In this document: positions 1 through 12,797 of the stretch, one piece after another
Numbering within the stretch: position 1 is the first letter of the stretch
How the letters are laid out: every line of letters begins with the position of its first letter
Assembly: GCA_001938485.1 (NCBI GenBank)
Contig: MQRK01237544.1
Coordinates: 1 to 50,979 of the forward strand
Length of the DNA: 50,979 nt
Source: Girardia tigrina
Taxonomy: Eukaryota
Direction: 5' to 3'
The notes under the pieces: generated by a model
Seen by the model: only the letters and a program-made list of their open reading frames with translations
Told to the model about the DNA's origin: nothing
Database searches by the model: none
Position numbers and translations under genes: made by a program

Positions 1-585
1 CCCGCAAATATTCATGTAGATCGAGGGAAAGTCTTCGAGTCAAAAAGTTTTAAAGAATATGCTAAATCTATGTTAATTACAATTCACTTTTCCAGTCCAT
101 ATCATCACAGTTCAAACGGGATAATAGAACGTCAATTTCGAACTATTCGAGATGCACTGAATGCAACACTGAAAGATAGAGGAGGTTCAAACTGGGTTGA
201 TATTCTCCCAGAAATTGAATTTAGCATTAATGTGTCCAGACAAAGCACCACTGTTGTAAGTCCGGCGGAAGTTATACTGGGAAAACGTTTAACCTTAGAT
301 GGCTCTCGTCACTATGAATTAGACAATAAAAAGATTATTGAAAAAATTAAACAAAGTGAGGCAAGTAAATCAGGCAAATCAAATACACCAAGACGAGAAT
401 ATAAGGAAGGTGATTTAGTTCTAGTAAAGATAGAGAATAGACAGAAAGGAACAGACCGTTATGAAGGCCCTTATGAAATAATACGGAAACGCCATGATCG
501 ATCTGTTGAAATGAAAAATAAAACCGGAAGAGTTATAGTTAGAAATATAGAATGGCTGAAACCTTTTAAAGAAGGGGGGTGTTAG
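1..585 (+). mobile_element. Ty3/Gypsy integrase C-terminal part (3' end of an LTR retrotransposon)
   Basis: ORF 70-585 has SPYHHSSNGIIER (integrase core E), W..ILPEIEFSIN and GPYEII (GPY/F motif). It ends in a polypurine tract aaaagaagggggg. Confidence 0.9.
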
Positions 586-788
586 GATAGTTAAATTAAT
601 ATCAATACATATTTATATTTAAAATAATATCTCTATTTATAAATATATAAAGGATCCATTATATGATTATATAGACTCCTGAAGTTGTTTGAATCAATCA
701 ACGTAATTATAAATTACGCGCATAATTTAATTTTGATTAGAAATAAATATTTCTTCTAGTTTCGATTTTTTAATGAATAATTCTTACA
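580..788 (+). repeat. Probable 3' LTR of the preceding Gypsy element
   Basis: Starts TGTTAGGA directly after the PPT and ends TTCTTACA (imperfect inverted termini). Contains TATATAAA and AATAAA. The right boundary is inferred. Confidence 0.5.
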
Positions 789-879
789 ATGTTATTTACA
801 TTAGCAATAAAAATTCTCAAATATTGGTTCTCCAGAAATTAATGAACTATGATTTTTTTAAAAAAAAGAATTGTTACAA

Positions 880-1006
880 TTAGAATCATCAAAGGAATGA
901 AAGGACTTGTCTTGAAGCAGTTATCTACTTTTGCCTTTTCGAAGATTAACTCGATTAAAATTGTTATATGAAAATGTTCTCAAAATGCTTCAGCATGAAG
1001 AAATCG
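880..1006 (+). pseudogene. Dbl-homology (RhoGEF, ephexin/ARHGEF16-like) exon fragment with in-frame stops
   Basis: Translation LESSKE*KDLS*SSYLLLPFRRLTRLKLLYENVLKML resembles the DH C-terminal consensus C..L.L.SFL.LP.QR.TR..LL..IL. Two TGA stops; followed by a possible GT donor. Confidence 0.5.
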
Positions 1007-1699
1007 GTAAAATGGTTTTTCAACAAGAAATATTACTGTTTATTAAAAAAATATATTATCTATCATTTGACTTCAACGTTTATTACAAATTACATCGAAA
1101 TGAAATATTTATTCCAATGGGTATTTTGCGATCTCAAATATTTGATACCAATACGACGGCTATGGAAAAATATATCGATCAATAATTTAAAAAGAATAAT
1201 TAATATAATTAATTACCGTGATTATTATGATGTATTGGTTATATGAATGAATAAAATCTTATTTTGTTGACCTCAAGTAAATTGTATTTATTTCTCTTAT
1301 TGTTAGATATATTTATTTTATTATCAACCTTTGACATATTTCGAGTTTTGATTATTATATTATTTGTTCTCTTTTTTTGTTAAAACAAGTCAACTCCAAA
1401 GTATAGTCGAGTGAGTTTATTAGTTGACAAAATACGAAATAAAAAATATTGTATTAATACGACACAAGTGATACAATATTTTTTATACTAATTATTATTT
1501 TATCAGTTAAATCTCCAGGTTTCACTTCAGAATTCATAATATCAATAAGTAGAATATATTTAATATTTACAATCTTTTTAGAATACTTAAACAAATAAAT
1601 AATCACAACTTTCCCCTCTTTTATAATTCGTTTTCAACTTTCTTAATCTACTAGATTCTTTGACTAATTATATTTCAATCTTTCAGATTAAAATATCAT

Positions 1700-2166
1700 T
1701 AAAATATTGTTTCAATTTTTAAGTTCTTCGTCAACAATTGCCTCAGAAACCGATGAACCTTCTCCAGAGACCCGTTTTTGCGTAATACAAAATATTCCTT
1801 TAAATCTTTACAGTTATCCTCTAATGTACAGGAAATCTTCTGGAACATTCCATGATTCCCCAAAATTTTTTGCTGTCCCTCTTAACAAATCATCAGTAAT
1901 AATAATGTTATTGGGACGCTTTTGAATGAACCAGTTAAACAGTGCTTCCTCAAACTCACTAAATTTTCCAACTCTGTCATTTAGAGAAACAGTTTGATTT
2001 ACTTACTTTTTGGTATGAGCAAGAATATCCCGAACAGTTGTTCGTGGAAGTGAGAATCGCTCTCAAATTTCATTTTTCGGCATCATAGGATTATTTTTTG
2101 CGAACTGACATATCTCCTTCTTTTTTCAATTGAAATTGATTCGTGTTTACGCTTTTGGGAATTCAT
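1700..2166 (-). mobile_element. Degenerate pogo/Tigger (CENP-B-like) transposase N-terminus
   Basis: Minus strand reads MNSQKRKHESISIEK..., FSLPRTTVRDIL (psq HTH) and FSEFEEALFNWFIQKRPNNIIITDDLLRGTAK...RG*L*RFK...SGE (CENP-B HTH), with frameshifts and stops. Confidence 0.75.
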
Positions 2167-2390
2167 GATGAAACCTAAAGTATTTGTTACAGGAAAATAT
2201 AAACTAATAGAAAATTATTAATAGTCTAAATAATATTAATATAACAGGGTTTTTCTTCTTTATAAGCATCTGAAATTTTCTTCGTAAACACTGAATGAGA
2301 TTCTTCGAGCACGAATAACCAACGGAAATCCATCAGTCAGACGAATGTATTTGTGTTCATGTCAGGTCAATCATGAGGGAGGTTATAATC

Positions 2391-2530
2391 TGTGAGAGCC
2401 AACATTCAAACACTTATCCTATACTCTGTGTAGATTAGTACCATATATCAGCTAACACAATACACTGTCGGCAGAAAAAAATGAAAAACTGCTAACACAA
2501 CAGAGTATTGGCTTTTATATGGGGTCAAAA
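2391..2530. repeat. Short CA-rich repeat (TGTGA...GGGG(C)TCA), distant relative of 12495-12676 and 18413-18600
   Basis: Shared motifs: TGTGA start, atatca..acacaatacac, cagagt and atgggg(c)tca end. Confidence 0.35.
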
Positions 2531-2618
2531 AAAAGAAGTTAGACAATCATATATGCTCTCAACACTAAGATTGAAGCCTCTCTCATAAAATCCCAAGCAA
2601 TCATACAGTACAATTATC

Positions 2619-5600
2619 TTAAAGAGGGACATCCAAAGGCACATCATGCTCAAATATGTCTCCCTCAGTGTCCAATTTTCCGTCGTCAAAGTCCGCATGG
2701 TTGTGGGCAAGCATCGGGCACTGGATCTCCTGAAGGTTGACTCGCGGGTCCTGAAAGTCCTTCCATTGTAAAGCCGACCATTTGATATTGGAGAGCACAC
2801 AGACACGGGCAATTGGTACTTTCCTTGTTCCTAGAGATAAATCATTAAGAATAAGGTCATTGTTGGGTAACCATGATCCCAATGGTCCAACAATGAAGGT
2901 ATCAAGTTCAGCTTTCCATGAGTCCCCATATGCATGTTGTATTTGTTCCCTTAGGTCCCAGTATTTAACTATATTTTTCCTATCAGCATTGTATATATTT
3001 TTCTCAGTTTCATATGGGCATTTAACATCTACGAGGAAGATTTTACGCTTTTCACGAAAGCAGATTTGAAGGTCCACTCTTTGGGCAGAACGAATGAAGA
3101 CACACTCATTATTGACATAAACCTCTGCATCCGTGAAGGTGGACAATTCCTTGGCAATGATGTCCTGAATTGAATCGTGTCGGGCTTTCTAGAAATTACT
3201 CATGGAAAGACAGCCAACCAGCACATGGGCCAGGGTTTCTTCAACAGGACAACCACGCCTACACGAAATACTTACCAGACACCCAGGTCTACAACGCACA
3301 GGAACTGTGTACGAACGAGCCTAGTGAATGAACCTCCATTCGCTCTGACCAAGGCGACCATTATAGATAGAGGATGTGGAAAGGGGGGATTTTGATAGAC
3401 ATTCAGAGTAGCGACCAGCACTACTCTGTTCATCCCATTGGATAGCCCACGAGTACCCAATACATTTCCTAATGGTTTCTGATAGTTTATCTTTATCCTT
3501 AGCCCTAAAGATTTCAACAGTAATAAAATTATGTCCCCTATTTTGAATATGTTGTTTAAGGGTTATAATTACACCAGGGTTAGAGTATCTAAAGTTAATA
3601 AATATTTGGTGAAATTTTCTAAGATCCCGTATGGCATGCTAGATTTTGTTCCACCATGATGTGTTAACGTATTCCTTGAAGCCATCATTAAGCCAATCAA
3701 AAACCTCGGAGTGCGAAAAGCTCATGTCTCCTAGCGGTCTACGGAGGGTGACATCGTTGGCAGCAATAATATTGAGGTCGGTGGAGTTGAGAAGAGAAAA
3801 TGAGTGGGTAATGGATTGGACATAGTACTCGTCTTTAAGGGAAGTGATACGAACCCCACCAAATACTTTGGGACAATAAAGGTAGGGATTAGATGCTTGG
3901 TCTTGCAGTCCAAGGATAGTTTTATGGAACGAGCGAACATGGATGTCCCAAGCACTGCTTGCCATTTCAATGATATAGAAGGGGATGAAGGTGTTACGAA
4001 AGTAGAAGGTGAATTTGGAGTGCTCGAAGAATTTATATGCATGGAGTTTTTGATTGGCGAAGAGAGATGATGAGTAAATTAGCTTAATTTCACAAATCAC
4101 TTCGTCAAACGCGTTATAAAGCAGCCGAAATATAGATAGCCTTCCTTAGTCGATAGATGGAGGATATTGGCGCCATCTAGGATGTAAACATCTTGTTTAA
4201 TATATGGGATATCGAGCACTGCACATTTGGATGCACGAAACGACATTCCGAGATTTTTGACAGCAGAAGATGCAACCTCAATGATAGCTTGCAAATCTTT
4301 TTTACCGGCAGCAAGGAAGACCAAATCGTCCGCATAAGCCATACACGAGATCTTTCAACTTCCTAATAGAATTCCTCCGCATCTGAATCAATCTATTTCT
4401 ATTACAATTGGGTTAATTACTATATTAAGTAAGAGCATGGGAAGGGGGCACCCTTGGCGAACTCCTATGTTAACTGGTAAAGGTCTAGTAGATTCTTAGT
4501 GGTTGTACAGTTATTATAGAATTCCTTAATTATGTCAGTGGACTTTCTTTCGACATTCATCTTGTTCATTAGTTCAAGGACTGAGATTGTGTCAAACGTA
4601 GCAGCCATATCCATAAAGGAAATTTTAAGTGTTTTCTTAAGATACCTCTGATAATAATCAATAATTGAGCGGAGTAAGAAAGTATGGTCAGCACAACCAT
4701 CATTAGGACCTAGGCTTTTTTGGAGGGGATGAAGTAGGTTGTGTTGCCGGATCCACCCAATTAGTTGTTTACACAAGAGAGTAGTAAGTAGTTTATAACT
4801 GCATTCTTGGAGGACAATACCTCTCCAAGAGGAGGGGAGGTGATATTCACCATCTTTATTCACTTTTGGGATCATTAGAGTTAAATAATTTTTCCAGCTC
4901 CTCGGTGTAAGACATTTGTCAAAGATGATTTTAAATAAGATAGAGGTGATAATACCTGTCGGGTCGCAGTATAGAATGTCTTTATAAGTAATACCGCTGC
5001 TACCTGGAGAGGAAGGGTCATTGGATTGCAAGCAAGCAACAATCTCATCAGGAGTGTGGACATGGAATTCAAAGACACTACCTCTCTTGTAGGGGTCAGG
5101 TTTAATTTCAATACTGATAGGGGCAGTTGCAGCATTCTTTGTATGGAAATCTGTGAAACAATCAGGTGAGGGATGAATATCGGAACTAGTATCCGGTAAA
5201 ATATGTTTCATGGCTGCTTTGGGGTTTTTCATGAAAAGTTGCTGCAGTTGGGGTCCTTTTATTTTATTATCGGCTGACTTGTTCCCCATATATGGTGTTC
5301 TAGGTTTTATGTTTCTAAAAATAAAACAAAGTCATTGTAGAATATTTCGATATCAAATTTATTAGTTGAATTTAACACATTCTGCGCTAAAGCTACTCGA
5401 GATGATTTTATAAGGGTCGTTGTTTTTGTGTTGGGTTTCTTTTTACGGGGGTTGGAGCAAGTTGCAATGATTCTCCAAGCGTGAATCCTAATAACTTTTA
5501 GATTTTGTTTTTAAGATCTGGAAGGGTCGATGGTATATCTCATGAAGCCACAGGTAAGGGGGTCACTGTCGGTAAACTTGTTGGAAGTCTGGAATGATGG

Positions 5601-6020
5601 GGAGGAAATCTCAGTGACACGGAATTTATCGGGTAGGAGGAGTATGTTGGAGCTGAATCGGTTAATGGAGTTAATTTCATGAGAGTAGTAACTTATATCT
5701 AGGTATCCTGTTGGGTCATACACGGAGATTGTGTTGCAAGTAATATTCGCAAATATCAGGATCCATCTTGATTGGCGGTAAAAAATTGGGAAGAAGATGA
5801 CTTTACAAGATGCAATATCTTGAAGGCAAAGTGGCGTAAAACATACTCCTTATTTTTAAGAAGTATTGCTCGCGTTAGTATGGTGGGAAAAAACAAAATA
5901 TTTAGATTTTGATATATATTTAGTGCAGTACGCATCAACATATTTGTGATCAAAGGACAAAAATCCTATGAAGTGACTATTTTGATCTTCTCTATACCCT
6001 ATTGAGTCACTGTGTTTGTT
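2619..6020 (-). mobile_element. Degenerate non-LTR retrotransposon with RT, CCHC finger and restriction-like endonuclease (R2/NeSL-like)
   Basis: RT motifs SSPGSSGITY, IPK..WRGI, QKSL..DGCADH, GVRQGCPL and AYADDL. Zinc knuckle CRRGCPVEETLAHVLVGC followed by ARHDSIQ. REL motifs RVDL..VDVKCPYE, K..KY..L and IVGPLGSW..N. Many frameshifts. The 5' end abuts a Gypsy LTR remnant. Confidence 0.88.
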
Positions 6021-7085
6021 TGGATTGTTGTAGTGACAATTTAAATTGTGATAATAATAAATGTAAAGGAAACTCAATTAATGTTCTTAATATGGCGACC
6101 AACGACTACGTGACTCCGAACATTAGAAGTGCAGAAATATTTGACGGATCTGAGTCAAAAGTTAAGGACTTTTTAAAGAGCTTCGGCAGATATACGAAGA
6201 TCATGGGATTCTCAGAAGAAAGAAGAGTATTGCTGGTGACAGCATTCATGACTCCGGAAGCAATAAACAAATACGAAAATGCACAGGGAGATACATGGGA
6301 AACAAAAATGAGATCTGCATTCACCAGAGAAAAGAACATTCTGGAGATAATGAGGGAACTTGTTGAAATAAAAGTTGAATCAAACGACCCCTCAACCGTA
6401 TTCCGGAAAATAGACGACCTAGTTGGAAAACTAGTAGAAAAGAAATTAGGAAAAAAAGAGATATCAGACTTAGCATATGCTAACGCCGTAGATGATAGAG
6501 AAGTAAAGAAAGAAATAGCTTTGAGAGGTATCTCGAAAGCTGAGGATATCGAATGTATACAGAAGAAAATATACGAATTCGAATCAAAGAGTAAAGATAT
6601 AAGGGTGGACGCGTACACTACAAAAAAAGACAACGAATGGAAAACGGTCGAACATAAGAGACGAAAGCCAAGACCACAAAACGAAGAAAGAATAATAGAA
6701 GAAAGAAAGAGATATTTCAAAAAGAGAAACATTTATTTTTGGGCATGCCACGAAGAAGGTCACGTGAGAAGAGAATGCCCAAATATCAGGTGCAACCACT
6801 GTAATAAAAAGGGGCACGTAAGAACACAATGCTATGAAAATCCAAATAGATTCAGAGAACGGGAGCAATGGAAACGGGACAACGAATGACTGGAAGAGAT
6901 GACAGGAGAAATTACTCGAATGTGAAATATGGAGAGCGAAGTCCAAAGACAAATAGAAAATATTCATTGGCTGAATTAGAAGAACGAAATGAGGAATGGG
7001 ACAGAATGTCGGAAAGAACAGATAGAAGAGAAGATGTTACAAGAAGAGATTACTTCACGAATAATAGGAAATTCAGAGACGAGCA

Positions 7086-7129
7086 GGGAAACGAGGATGC
7101 ACGATCACAGGGAGAAGTGATCAGTGTGC
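7086..7129 (+). promoter_or_regulatory. -1 ribosomal frameshift signal (G GGA AAC plus stem-loop) at the gag/pol junction
   Basis: The slippery heptamer is in the gag frame, followed by hairpin gcacgatcac/gtgatcagtgtgc. The -1 frame joins the protease ORF 7278 with one intervening stop. The same signal is conserved in the copy at ~49297-49342 (-). Confidence 0.7.
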
Positions 7130-8957
7130 TACAATAGGAAGTAAATGTAGATGTATGATTGATTGTATGTATGAATATGTATGTGATTGTATGTTTGATG
7201 ATGTGTTTTAAAATATTCTTCTGGAGAAATGTATACTAAATGGTGAACATGATGGAAATGATGGAAAATGTGATAATATGAAAACCGAAAAAGAGAAGAA
7301 AAGAAAAAAGAATGCAGATGTATTGAGAATACCAATGTTTAACATAAATTATAAAGAATTGAAAGGACGACCAAGTACAGAGTTTCGCATAAAGAATAAA
7401 AGTGTACAGTGTCTGTTGGACACAGTGGCCCGAATCAATGTTATTAAAGCAGAGATTATCAAAGATAAGAAAGATATCAAAATGAAAGAAACAAAAAGAC
7501 GAGTAAACTGTGCAAATGACTCGGAACTTATAAAATATGGAATTGTGCAACTAAAAGTGATAATTGAAAGGTTTGTGAAAACGATTGATTTTTTTGTAGT
7601 TAAAGATCTAGATCCAGAAATGATAGCAGGAATAGATTTTTTTGGACAAATTTGGAATAAAGTTGAAGAAAGAACCATCTCACACAGAAAATGTATTAGT
7701 AATACGAGACAGCCCCTCTGATGAGGATAGACTAAAAAGAATTAAAGAGCTGTACGAAAAAAATTGACGACCAATTAATGAGACTTAACAGAATATAAAT
7801 CAATATTTATGGTCGACAAATGGAATAATGGAATAACCTTACTGACAAAACATAAAATCGAAACGCATGGAGAACCGGTATTAGTGACACAGTATCGACA
7901 GCCGAAACATTTCGAAGAAAAAATAGACGATATCATCAGAAATTATGAAGAAAACGATATTATCGAAAAGTGCAGTTCCCCGTGGAATTTTCACCTGGTA
8001 TATGTTTGGAAAAAGGAGAAACTAGACATAAGAGTGTGCGTAAATTTTCGACAATTAAACAAAATCACTGTCAGATCTGCTTTTCCAATGCCAAATGTAG
8101 AAGAGATGCTGAACACACTAAATGGAGCAAAGTACTTTAGCACGATCGTCTTAGGAAGCGCATACCACCAAGTAGAGCTGGAAGATGAATCAAAAATCAA
8201 AACAGCATTTTCAACAAAGAATGGTCAATACTGTTTCAAGAGAATGCCATTCGGAATTGCGGCGGCACCAGCAACGTTCCAAAAACTAATCGTAAAAGTT
8301 TTGGGCGAATTGAACTGGAAAGAGGCAGTTGTATATTTGGACGATATTTTAATTTTTGCGAAAGATAAAAAGGAACACCTCAAACGAATTGAACATGTAT
8401 TTAGTAAAATAAAGGAATCTGGTCTAAGAATAAACCCTGAGAAATGCCACTTCTTGGTTTAAAGGACAAAGTTTTTAAGATACGTGATCAGCAAAGATGG
8501 CATAGAAACAGATAAGACAAAGATCGATGCGATTAGAAAGTTTCAGAACCCCTCATATGTTAAGCACTTAAGAAGTTTTTTTAGGTTTAACAAACTATTA
8601 CAGAAAATTTCTTAAAGACTAAAATATTCAAAATATTCAAAAGTATTGGAAGGGCTGTGTGGAAAGAATAAAGATAAAAAAATAATATGGATGGAAGAGT
8701 GTAACGAGGCATTTCAGAAATTAAAGGCAAAATGATCAAAACACCAATATTAACATATCCAGATTTTGAAAATGAGTTCATATTGGATACAGACGCCAGC
8801 TTTGATACCATTGGAGCAGTGCTATCACAGAAATATATATATGGAAGAAAAAGAGTGATTGCATATGGATCCCACAAAATGAATAAGCATAAATTGGAAT
8901 ACTGTATTACGAGAAAGGAACTGCTGGCAATCTGCTATTTTACGCAACACTTTAAAC

Positions 8958-9370
8958 CAGGGGTGTGCAACCTTTTTCATTGGCGGGCCACTTTTTAAAA
9001 CTGGAACAACAGCGAGGGCCAGTCACCGTCAAAAATATGTAATCTAATTACGGATTATTACGACTAGTGTATTGAGATATGAATACATTTCTAAACAATA
9101 AAGACAAATAAAATTACCTTTAGTTTTATTAATGTGAGACTTGGCATTGTGTGGCATAATTCAAACGACGCCCTATTGCGCGAGTTAAAAGAGAAGTATG
9201 GTAACAGAGAAGTTTAACTAAGAATTTTTTCCTGGGACGAAAAGCTCTGATCACGAATTAAGAGGCACTCGGCGTCAATTCATTTAACTTTCTGGACGGT
9301 TAGCGCGGGCCACACTGACTGGCTTGGCGGGCCGGATTGTGGCCCGCGGGCCGCGGGTTGCACACCCCTG
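8958..9370. mobile_element. Non-autonomous hAT (Buster/Charlie-like) element inserted in the Gypsy RNase H
   Basis: Perfect TIRs CAGGGGTGTGCAACC / GGTTGCACACCCCTG. 8-bp TSD CTTTAAAC (8950-8957 and 9371-9378) with central TA. GGCCCGCGGGCC subterminal motif. The host frame QHFK|HYLYGK resumes after the insertion. Confidence 0.95.
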
Positions 9371-11319
9371 CTTTAAACACTATCTTTACGGCAAAAAAAT
9401 TTTATTAAGAACAGATTACAAAGCCATCACATTTATGTTGACGACAAAGAACCCAATCACTCCGTAATTTCAAACTTGGATAAATTTTCTTAGTGGGTTG
9501 GATATGAAAATGGAATACCGGAAAGGCGAAAAACACTCTAACTCCGATGCAATGTCGAGGAATTCCTGCGAAATGTGTGTACAAGGTCAGACGATACACG
9601 AAGAAGCTAAGAAAGGAAAAATTAAAACAAGAATCTTAGCCCTTGACGATGAATCAAAAGAAGTCAGGTGGCAGAAAGATAATGATGAGATAAACCAAAT
9701 TAGAGAAGATATTAGAACTGGGAAACCAAAGAAATGGGTATTGAAAGATGATAATCGTGACGACAATGGATAATAAATACTGGATCCCGAAAATCAAAAG
9801 AACTGAATTTGTGGAAGATATACACAAGATGCTATGTCATGCTGGTAGCAAGAAAGTTTACAATTATTTAAAAGATGACTTTGATATGAATAATATGAGA
9901 GAAATGATAAAGGAAATCGTACAAAGCTGTGTAAATTATCAGAAGAGAAAGACCCTAACAACGAAAACAAAAGAGAAGCACATGAAACAATTTGCAGATG
10001 AACCCTTCCAAAAACTATACATGGATTTCTGTGGACCGTTTAAAAGAAATATTAATGGATATCAATACATACTAGCGATAATCGATCAATTTAGCAGATA
10101 CATAAGATTAAATGCCGTTGCCCATCAAGACGAGAAAACCGTAAGAAAAGTACTATTAGACAAATGGATTTGGAAATTCGGACCTCCAAAAGAAATCCAT
10201 GTCGACAGAGGAAAGACATTCGAATCAGCACTTTTTAAAGACACAATGAATAAGTTTAAAGCTGAAATAGTATATTCCAGCCACTACCACCACAATACCA
10301 ATGGGATCGTAGAGCGACAATTTAGAACAATTAGAGATGCCATAAATATACGAATGAAGGATGAAACTCACAAAGACTGGACGGAAATTTTGCCAGAGGT
10401 AGAATTTATGTTAAATAGCACAATTCAAGCTACTATAGGCGTCTAACCAGCGGAAATAATATTTGGCAGGAAGTTAAGACATTGGTGGAAAAACATCAAG
10501 GAAGAAAGGGCCAGGAAAGAAAAGAGCAAAAATGTAGTAGAGACAAATCGAACTTTTCAAGTTGGTGACAAGGTATTGATAAAGAGAGAAAACATAGCAA
10601 AAGAAGAAGATCGATATATAGGTCCGGCAACAATAAAGAACCGTATATACGCAAGTTTTACGGAGAATTGTTGTAGTGACAATTCAAATTGTGATAATAA
10701 TAAATGTAAAGAAAACTCAATTAATGTCCTTAATACTAACAATTTCACAAATATTACTACACGATATTTCTTTTTGAACTTCCTCAATCGATTCTTGTTC
10801 TTCATTTGACATGTTGCTGACTATTACTGTTCTTTCACTTTAAACCAATGTTTCTCTTTTTATTGCAATATATTTAATTATTTCTAAACCAAGTTTCTCC
10901 TCTGTTAAAGGTCGTTCCAGAAACATATGAAATTGTTTTTGTTCTACATTTTGATTTTTAATTTTCTCATATTCTATTTATATTCTCTATTTATTTATTC
11001 TATTTATTTATTCTATTTCTCTATTCTATTTTTACTCTATTTATATTCTCATATTCTATATTCATTTACTTTGAACGCTATTTTCTCTTGTTTCAACATT
11101 TTAATTTAGCTTTCTTTTTCTTCCAAACTTTTTCCTATTTGTTTGATTATTTCTTCTCTATTCACCAAAAGTATTTTCGTTTCCTCGAACTCTTCGCATA
11201 TTTTGACACAATCTTCAATGGACGATTCTAATTCATTTGTTAGAATGCCGATTTCTTTTTCTAAAATTTTCTTATCCGATCTCATTTCCAGTATATCATT
11301 ATCGAATTTTGTTGGTACT

Positions 11320-11707
11320 GTCGGAGTTTTTCCAAATTCTTCTATTTCCCAAAAATATTTTGGGATCATTATTTTCATCATCACATCGCTAATTGGTTGA
11401 GATATTCCCAAATTGGTGATGATTGTTTCCTTCATCTTTTTCCTTCAACTTTTTCTTCAAGTGACTGAGGAAGCTCCGGATCATCCAGACCTATAAGAAC
11501 TTTTACGGTTTCATCTCTTTTTATTTTCGGAAACTTTGTATCTTTTAAATGATTCCAATTTTTTGAAGCGTTTTCCGAATCGATTATATTTATTCCGTTT
11601 ATAACTGTTTTTATGACCAATGGTTTGAAACTCCAATTTTATCGGACTCCAATCTCGCTAATTTTCAATGATACTCTTTCCGTTTGTAATATTTTTTCTG
11701 TGTTGGT
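11320..11707 (-). mobile_element. BEL/Pao fragment (end of protease and post-protease linker)
   Basis: TNTEKILQTERVSLKI...WNHLKDTKFPK..VKVLIGLD..., then KYFWEIEEFG. These are typical BEL/Pao motifs. Confidence 0.75.
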
Positions 11708-12494
11708 CGCGCTGCGATTACTTTGGACCCATTTTATAAATAAAATTAAAAATTAAATTAAATCATTAAATTAAAAAATTAACTTAATTAAATAAAATAT
11801 ATAATTATATATATATANNNNNNNNNNNNNNNNNNNNNNNNNNNNNNNNNNNNNNNNNNNNNNNNNNNNNNNNNNNNNNNNNNNNNNNNNNNNNNNNNNN
11901 NNNNNNNNNNNNNNNNNNNNNNNNNNNNNNNNNNNNNNNNNNNNNNNNNNNNNNNNNNNNNNNNNNNNNNNNNNNNNNNNNNNNNNNNNNNNNNNNNNNN
12001 NNNNNNNNNNNNNNNNNNNNNNNNNNNNNNNNNNNNNNNNNNNNNNNNNNNNNNNNNNNNNNNNNNNNNNNNNNNNNNNNNNNNNNNNNNNNNNNNNNNN
12101 NNNNNNNNNNNNNNNNNNNNNNNNNNNNNNNNNNNNNNNNNNNNNNNNNNNNNNNNNNNNNNNNNNNNNNNNNNNNNNNNNNNNNNNNNNNNNNNNNNNN
12201 NNNNNNNNNNNNNNNNNNNNNNNNNNNNNNNNNNNNNNNNNNNNNNNNNNNNNNNNNNNCCCAAAATCGTTAAATGACAAAGCATGAAGTTCTAAATCAT
12301 TTACCAAACTATTTATATTATTAACCGATGCATCCATTTTTTCGTGAAACTTTTTATCAAAATTAAATTTGATTTCTTGAATACGACAAGGATTTTGTGA
12401 AATAACGTTATCTGATTCGGTTGTAAGCATAATCAATTCTTTGTAAGCATAATCAATCATACTGATCAATGTGTCATTAATTCCAATTACCAAT

Positions 12495-12760
12495 TGTGAG
12501 CCTCATTTTTGGTGTTTATGTGTGTGATCTGTATATGTGTGTGCATGTTGTGTCAGTAGAGTGCGTGTATGTAAGTGTGTTGATATCAGAGGAGGAATTT
12601 ATATATGTAGCTCGTTTTTAATTGGATATGAGTGTGTTGTGTGTGTGTTGGTGTTGATTAGTGAATATCAATCACAATTAACAATTCTCACAATTAATAA
12701 TGCTTTTGAAATGTGAATTTAATTCACAATTGTTTAAAAAAACAAAAATAAAATTTTGAA
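12495..12760 (+). repeat. GT-rich repeat, inverted homolog of 18331-18600
   Basis: TGTGAGCCTCATTT start matches the reverse complement of AAATGGGGCTCACA. Shared aattggat/aattggac and gtgtgtt(t)gatat motifs, repeated TCACAAT, and AATAAAATTT(T)GAA at the inner end. Confidence 0.6.
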
Positions 12761-12797
12761 TTTACCAACTGTTTCTCTTTGTTTTCGAATTAATATA

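Larger units (their letters stand above)
6024..10735 (+). mobile_element. Ty3/Gypsy LTR retrotransposon (gag-pol, degenerate) with truncated LTR remnants at both ends
   Basis: LTR 3' remnants at 6024-6092 and ~10637-10735, both ending CTTAATA. PBS TGGCGACC at 6093. Gag with two CCHC-type knuckles, protease LLDTVA, RT YLDD, RNase H DTDAS..GAVL, integrase HHCC and DDE, GPA(Y) motif. Many stops and frameshifts. Confidence 0.93.

Noticed and set aside
2290-2345. Possible hammerhead ribozyme in the non-LTR 3' region (CTGATGG on the minus strand)
   Set aside because: The core is CTGATGG rather than CTGANGA, and no matching GAAA with supporting stems was found.
6106-6732. Hydrophobic antisense ORFs over retroelement genes (also at 34021-34593 and 7349-7678)
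   Set aside because: Shadow frames of A-rich gag/pol coding strands.
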